Shown here in pieces: positions 60,570 to 64,000 of a stretch of DNA of 64,000 bases. The stretch covers positions 130,191 to 194,190 of the forward strand of contig JAUNGP010000001.1 of NCBI GenBank assembly GCA_030524345.1, given 5' to 3'. The notes beneath the pieces are model-generated. The model ran no database searches, was not told where the DNA came from, and was given only the letters and a program-made list of their open reading frames with translations. The stretch's first letter is position 1, and every line of letters begins with the position of its first letter. The position numbers and the translations under genes were made by a program. Source of the DNA: Clostridia bacterium. Lineage in GTDB: Bacteria > Bacillota > Clostridia > TANB77 > CAG-465.

Positions 60570-61740
60570 ATGATGGAAAACGAAATGCAAGCAGGAATGG
60601 CTACGATTAAAGTAGTAGGCGTTGGAGGAGCAGGTAATAACCGGAGTTAATAGGATGGTAGAAGCTGGAATAAAAAGTGTAGAATTCATTGCTGTAAACA
60701 CTGATAGGCAAGCATTAAATATGTCTAAGGCAGGCCGAAAAATACAAATTGGTGAAAAATTAACAAGAGGATTAGGTGCTGGTGCAAATCCCGAAGTAGG
60801 AAAATGTAGTGCTGAAGAATCAAAAGCAGAGCTTGCAGAAGCGTTAAAGGGTGCTGACATGGTATTTGTAACTGCAGGAATGGGAGGCGGAACTGGAACA
60901 GGTGCTGCTCCTATAGTTGCAGAAGTTTCTAAAGAAATGGGAGTACTTACAGTAGCTGTTGTAACAAAACCTTTTCCTTTTGAAGGAAAAAGAAGAATGT
61001 TACAAGCTGATGCTGGTATTGAAGAATTAAAACAATGTGTAGATACATTGATTGTGATACCAAATGAAAAATTATTACAAGTTGTTGAAAAACAAACTAC
61101 AATAACAGAAGCTTTTAGAATGTCTGATGATGTTTTAAAACAAGGTGTTCAGGGAATATCTGATCTTATTACAATTCCTGGTCTTGTAAATCTTGATTTT
61201 GCTGATGTAAAAACTATCATGTTAGATGCTGGTATTGCACATATAGGAATAGGTAGGGCATCTGGAGAACATAGATCACAAGAAGCTGCAAGACAAGCGA
61301 TTCATAGCCCATTACTTGAAACTTCTATTGAAGGTGCTGGCGGTGTATTAATTAATGTAACTGGTGGTAGAGATTTAGGATTATTAGAAATCAATGAAGC
61401 AGCTGAATTGGTACAAAAGTCAGTTGATCCTGAAGCTAATATTATATTTGGAGCTGTAATTGATGAAAATATTGAAAACGAGATTGTAATAACTGTTATA
61501 GCAACAGGATTTTCTAAAACTGCTTTTCAAGATTTAAAACTGGATAATATTGTTGGGGAAGCATTAAAAAACGCTACAAATAACAGTAATATATCTGGAA
61601 CTTCTACTACAATGGCAGATTTAGGTTTATCAACTTCAAATACTACAAGAACAACAATTTCTTCAACATCAAACCAAAATGAATATAAAATGGTTGATTT
61701 AGATATACCTCCATTCTTAAGGAGAAATAAAGGAGAATAA
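60570..61740 (+). pseudogene. ftsZ: cell division GTPase FtsZ, reading frame broken by an apparent 1-nt insertion near 60641-60643
   Basis: Frame 1 from ATG 60570 (RBS GAGGGGGAG) gives [24 protein letters not shown], then RS-stop (TAA 60648-60650). Frame 2 continues [21 protein letters not shown]...[10 protein letters not shown] to 61740. The track ORF 60622-61740 lacks the first glycine loop. Confidence 0.85.
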
Positions 61741-61748
61741 AAATATTA

Positions 61749-61784
61749 ATAGAATGCAATAACTTACTTTGCATTCTATTTTTT
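61749..61784 (+). terminator. rho-independent terminator after ftsZ
   Basis: ATAGAATGCAA-loop-TTGCATTCTAT followed by T5. Confidence 0.7.
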
Positions 61785-61809
61785 GACATATATGTTATAA
61801 TGGTTTCAA
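61783..61809 (+). repeat. third copy of the 27-nt promoter-like core of the hairpin module
   Basis: TTGACATATATGTTATAATGGTTTCAA versus TTGACATACATGTTATAATAGTTTCAA at 39511-39485 (minus), about 25 of 27 identical. Lies 40 nt upstream of the 61850 ORF. Confidence 0.6.
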
Positions 61810-61849
61810 AATAATTCTCAATCAATTAATAGTTTAAGGAGGAATTTCT

Positions 61850-62131
61850 ATGAATGATTATTTAGAGAAATTTTTAAGACAAGCAATTATGAATCAAATC
61901 AAATTAGAAAGGCAAGAAGAGCAATTAGAATTTGAATTTTGGCTTGCGGGAACGCAAATATTGATGCACAATTATAATGGGAAAGCATATATTAGTTGTT
62001 GGAACGATGAAAAAGGTAAGTACGTTGATGCTATTGTTGGATGGAAGGAAATCGATAATCAGGTTGGATTTCAAATATCCTATGATGAATATACATCTAA
62101 ACAAGATTTAGGAATTTATCATTGGATGTAA
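61850..62131 (+). CDS. hypothetical protein between ftsZ and spoIIGA
   Basis: 93-aa ORF with AAGGAGGA RBS. No motif recognised. Confidence 0.5.
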   Translation: MNDYLEKFLRQAIMNQIKLERQEEQLEFEFWLAGTQILMHNYNGKAYISCWNDEKGKYVDAIVGWKEIDNQVGFQISYDEYTSKQDLGIYHWM

Positions 62132-62205
62132 TAAAATAACATTTCTCTGTCAAAGTTTTACAAAAAAAATAACCCAAAATTATTATAATAAGTCTAGGTG
62201 ATTAT

Positions 62206-63018
62206 ATGAAAATCTACCTAGACTATATTTTTTTAGAAAATTTAGTAGTGAATTTAATAGTAATTGAAGAGCTAACAGTTTTTGTAAAAGATAGACTTAA
62301 ATTGATAAAGAAGATACTAATATCAGCAATGATATCATTATATACTACTGTTATATATATTTATTCAGATTCTTGGATAAGTTCTAATATTGTAAAAATA
62401 TTGGTAATCAGTATTGCAATTTATTTGCTATATAAACCAAGAAAAATAAATTATTATATAAAATTAATTATAGTATATTATTTAATATCTTTTCTTTATG
62501 TAGGGACTGTTATTTCTATAGCACTCCTTTTTAAAATTTCGCTTGAAAATATGATCTTTAAATTGTTGTTATACTTGATTTCAGGAATCATTTTAAATAT
62601 TTTTACAAAATACATTTGGAAAATATTTAAAAGTAATATTAAGTCAAATGATCTAATATATATAATGTATATTGGTAATCAAAAAATAAAAAGTTTTGTA
62701 GATACTGGTAGTAATGTTAAAGATAATATAACAGGCTTAGATGTAATATTTATCAACTGTAAATATTATGAAGAAATAAAAAAAAGTAACATTTTAAACA
62801 AAGAAACATATATTGATATACAAACTGTAGCTGGAAAGCAAAAGGTGAAAGGATATATAGTAGAAAATATAGATTTTTTTCAAAATAATAAACGTGTAGC
62901 AAAAATAAAAAAAATAGTAATATCATTTACATTGCAAGAAATGGAAAACGCAGAAAAATATAGTGCACTGATTGGTTACAATACATATATTGAGAATTTA
63001 AAGGGGGTTACTATATGA
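62206..63018 (+). CDS. spoIIGA: sigma-E processing peptidase SpoIIGA
   Basis: [21 protein letters not shown]-terminus, five TM helices, aspartic protease motif [14 protein letters not shown] overlap with sigE. Confidence 0.85.
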   Translation: MKIYLDYIFLENLVVNLIVIEELTVFVKDRLKLIKKILISAMISLYTTVIYIYSDSWISSNIVKILVISIAIYLLYKPRKINYYIKLIIVYYLISFLYVGTVISIALLFKISLENMIFKLLLYLISGIILNIFTKYIWKIFKSNIKSNDLIYIMYIGNQKIKSFVDTGSNVKDNITGLDVIFINCKYYEEIKKSNILNKETYIDIQTVAGKQKVKGYIVENIDFFQNNKRVAKIKKIVISFTLQEMENAEKYSALIGYNTYIENLKGVTI

Positions 63019-63722
63019 TAGTTGGTAAAATAAAAGATATATATTTGACCATGTTAAAATTTTTTGGAGTAGATGAGAATACAATATTTTATATAGCAGG
63101 TGCAGATACATTGCCTGCACCACTTACGCAAGATGAAGAACAAGAATTGTTAGAAAAACTTATGAAAAAAGATGTAGAAGCTAAGAATATTTTAATAGAG
63201 AGAAATTTAAGACTTGTTGTATATATAGCTAAAAAATTTGAAAATTCAGGAATTAATATAGAAGATTTAATTTCTATAGGAACCATTGGATTAATGAAAG
63301 CTATTAATAGTTACGATTTAGAAAAAAATATAAAACTTGCAACTTATGCTTCTAGATGTATAGAAAATGAAATATTGATGTTCTTAAGGAAAAATAACAG
63401 GATCAAAACGGAAATTTCAATCGATGAACCAATCAATATTGATAGTGAAGGAAATGATTTATCACTTGGAGATATATTAGGAACAGATAATGATAGTATC
63501 TTTAAATCTATAGAAGATGATGATAATAAAAAAATATTATGTGAGGCAATTCAAAATTTAAATAATAGAGAAAAAACGATTATGCAACTAAGATATGGAT
63601 TTGATGGAATAGAAGAACTTACTCAAAAAGAAGTAGCAGATAAATTAGGAATTTCGCAATCATATATTTCTAGAATAGAGAAAAAAGTGATCAATGGTCT
63701 TAAAAAAGATTTTTTTAAATAA
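63015..63722 (+). CDS. sigE: RNA polymerase sporulation sigma factor SigE (pro-sigma-E)
   Basis: Pro-sequence followed by [17 protein letters not shown], region 2 ([27 protein letters not shown]) and region 4 ([23 protein letters not shown]). Confidence 0.93.
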   Translation: MIVGKIKDIYLTMLKFFGVDENTIFYIAGADTLPAPLTQDEEQELLEKLMKKDVEAKNILIERNLRLVVYIAKKFENSGINIEDLISIGTIGLMKAINSYDLEKNIKLATYASRCIENEILMFLRKNNRIKTEISIDEPINIDSEGNDLSLGDILGTDNDSIFKSIEDDDNKKILCEAIQNLNNREKTIMQLRYGFDGIEELTQKEVADKLGISQSYISRIEKKVINGLKKDFFK

Positions 63723-63727
63723 TAATA

Positions 63728-63760
63728 CCTGAGAGGATATTTCCCCTCAGGATATTTTTT
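63728..63760 (+). terminator. rho-independent terminator after sigE
   Basis: CCTGAGAGG-loop-CCCCTCAGG followed by ATATTTTTT. Confidence 0.6.
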
Positions 63761-64000
63761 AAATAATATTAAAGTCAACCTTGCAAAGCTTTGACATGCC
63801 TTTATCATAAAGTGTATTTATATCTATGATGATATCATTTTTTGTATTAAACACTATGAAGTACCTCTTTTCTCAAAAAGTTATTTCATTCATCTGCTTT
63901 TAATTTTTCTTTAAGAAAGCATTAATGTGTTTATTAAAAGTCTCTGGTAAATAGAAAGGACGATGCATCATCGATCTATATTCCCTTATTACATACCATT

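Noticed and set aside
60480-60860. 126-aa minus-strand ORF across the ftsA-ftsZ junction
   Set aside because: It is antisense to two strongly conserved genes. It does not explain the ftsZ frame break.

Overview
Origin-of-replication region of a very AT-rich, spore-forming Firmicute (Clostridia-like). Coding strand switches at oriC. From 1 to about 45.9 kb nearly everything is on the minus strand: miaA-mutL-mutS, spmAB, tadA, cwlD, parAB, rsmG-mnmG-mnmE-jag-yidC-yidD-rnpA-rpmH. From 46.4 kb onward it is on the plus strand: dnaA, dnaN, recF, gyrB, infC-rpmI-rplT, efp, miaB, spoIVFA/FB-like, ftsA, ftsZ, spoIIGA, sigE. oriC is bipartite, with 5 and 13 perfect DnaA boxes flanking dnaA. A textbook core (two boxes, GC cluster, five DnaA-trios, AT tract) sits at 48059-48136. 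There are four tRNAs (Arg-ACG, Arg-CCT, Ser-GCT, Ser-TGA). The most interesting accessory content is a minus-strand operon (20228-25861) built around a split VirB4-family ATPase and a TadZ/ParA-like ATPase, with no other conjugation or T4SS genes. Its promoter carries Spo0A-box-like sites and is near-duplicated in front of a Spo0E-like gene about 1.4 kb away. The two copies bracket a divergent operon of small low-complexity proteins. Other notable points are a 1-nt frameshift in ftsZ and an in-frame TAA in a small gene. A GH3 gene remnant lies beside the tRNA-Ser genes. A duplicated terminator-promoter hairpin module has a third partial copy. A 16-nt alternating GC tract sits inside the unwinding region. 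A VTC/DUF4956/beta-helix operon is also present. No CRISPR array, IS element, integrase or prophage was recognised.
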